Shown one piece after another: positions 62,797-64,000 of a DNA stretch of 64,000 nucleotides. How positions within the stretch are numbered: position 1 is the first letter of the stretch; each line of letters starts with the position of its first letter. This DNA is from Flectonema sp. DT1601. Its lineage: Eukaryota. Where the stretch lies: assembly GCA_964019425.1 (NCBI GenBank), contig OZ025782.1:1426001-1490000 (forward strand), given 5' to 3'. A program made the position numbers and the translations under genes. The notes below the pieces were generated by a model. That model saw nothing but the letters and a program-made list of their open reading frames with translations. It did no database searches and was not told the origin of the DNA.

Positions 62797-64000
62797 CTAC
62801 AACACCTGTTTTTTTTTTTTTTTTTTTTTTTTTATTATTTAAAATAAGAAGAACAGTACACCATTATTATAACACATACCTGGAAGTTTTCTCTAAATCG
62901 CGATCTAAATTTAAACCAGTCAGGTGTGAGAACACCACCGACTGCAACAGCACCTTTCTCACCCTTACGGAGGACGAACTGTTATTTGTTGTTACACATT
63001 TTTGATTAGAAATAATATGGAAAAATAAGATTTGAATGCGTACCTTGTCATCACAGACCAACGACCCCTTTTTAAACCCAGATTGCCAACCATTTCCTCG
63101 AAGTTGAGAAGAAAACTTTCTCAGAGTTAACTCTCCTACATATGTAGCAGATTGTCCCTGTTGATCTTTAACAGGCATTAAAACTGGGTATTTTCCCTTC
63201 GTGGAGTCTACAGAACGGCGTTTGATAGGAGGTTGATCTGTGTCGTCTTGCACACCTTCCGAGATAATTCCTTCAACGTAAGCAGCTTTGTATTCACCGC
63301 AGTCAACAAGTCTGATTGCTGACATTAATGTGTCAGCTAGCTTTACTCTTGTGATTGTTATGTTTGAAGTAATGTCAACACGTTCTCCTCTCTTTGGAGA
63401 GAATACAGATTTTACAGTACACTCCTTGCGAACATACTCAGTGAGGTCATCAGTTAAGTCTGTTGGGGAGTTCACGACGACAAGTTTTTGTGTATGAGCA
63501 CACTTTGATTTAATTACGTGTTTTAATGTATTAGCATCTGCTAAACCTTCGAATGGGAAGTACATGATCTTACAGCGGAGTTGAATAGCAACGGATTGCT
63601 TCTCATATTTCTTAGGAATTGGAAGCTCATCGACAGTCTTTGGTCTGGCTGATTCTTGAGCTTCCCATTCTCGTACACGTCTGTCACGTTCTTCATCACG
63701 AACTAAGTCTCTGAGAACTGCCGTCGCAACGTCATCATTTTGATGTAATTTTGAAAGGATGTCGAAGTTGACAGTTTCACCGTATTCGTCCTTTTCACAT
63801 CCGTCATCTCCATCGATAAAAGGAAACATGAGATGCGCTGATTTATATGTCACGGAATCAGGTAAAAACAAACCAGGTGTTGCTTCTATAGGAGCGAATA
63901 ATGCTTTCTCCTGGTCAGGGTTTGAGTCATCATCGGAACTTTCATCGTCGTCACCATCTTTGATTTCACGGACTCGTTGACGAGCACGTTGGGCTTCAGC
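62797..64000 (-). CDS. CPSF2: Cleavage and polyadenylation specificity factor subunit 2 (CPSF100), 3' part; exons >64000-63044, 62978-62880, 62805-62797
   Basis: MFPFID...DEYGETV, FEGLAD, YVGELTLRKF...GFKKGSLVC. Spliced end GGVLTPDWFKFRSRFRENFQVL* resembles the CPSF100 C-terminus. Confidence 0.85.

Noticed and set aside
59535..64000. Functional clustering of MTR4 with CPSF2
   Set aside because: Adjacency of two RNA-processing genes in a unidirectional cluster is probably coincidental without synteny data

Overview
Eukaryotic genomic DNA, probably a euglenozoan such as a diplonemid (inference). Every credible gene lies on the minus strand, as in a polycistronic cluster, and several have short GT-AG introns. 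The left half (1-31723) is one uninterrupted minus-strand ORF that the ORF track misses because it runs off the window. It encodes a signal-peptide-bearing protein of more than 10,570 aa with 17 VWA domains (the last truncated), 3 Ig-like + C-type lectin (EPN/WND) modules, 14 tandem EGF-like modules and dozens of short Cys-rich repeats. Next is a cathepsin L-like gene interrupted at its conserved GCNGG motif by an 890-bp structured insert flanked by a perfect 20-bp duplication. A second insert with a perfect 75-bp duplication sits at the same gene's 5' end. The right half holds a 5-exon 2851-aa membrane/coiled-coil protein, several hypotheticals, a PH/coiled-coil protein, a cNMP-binding protein, a CDKL-type kinase, MTR4 and the 3' part of CPSF2. 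The cis-introns typically end in A/C-rich tracts rather than polypyrimidine tracts.
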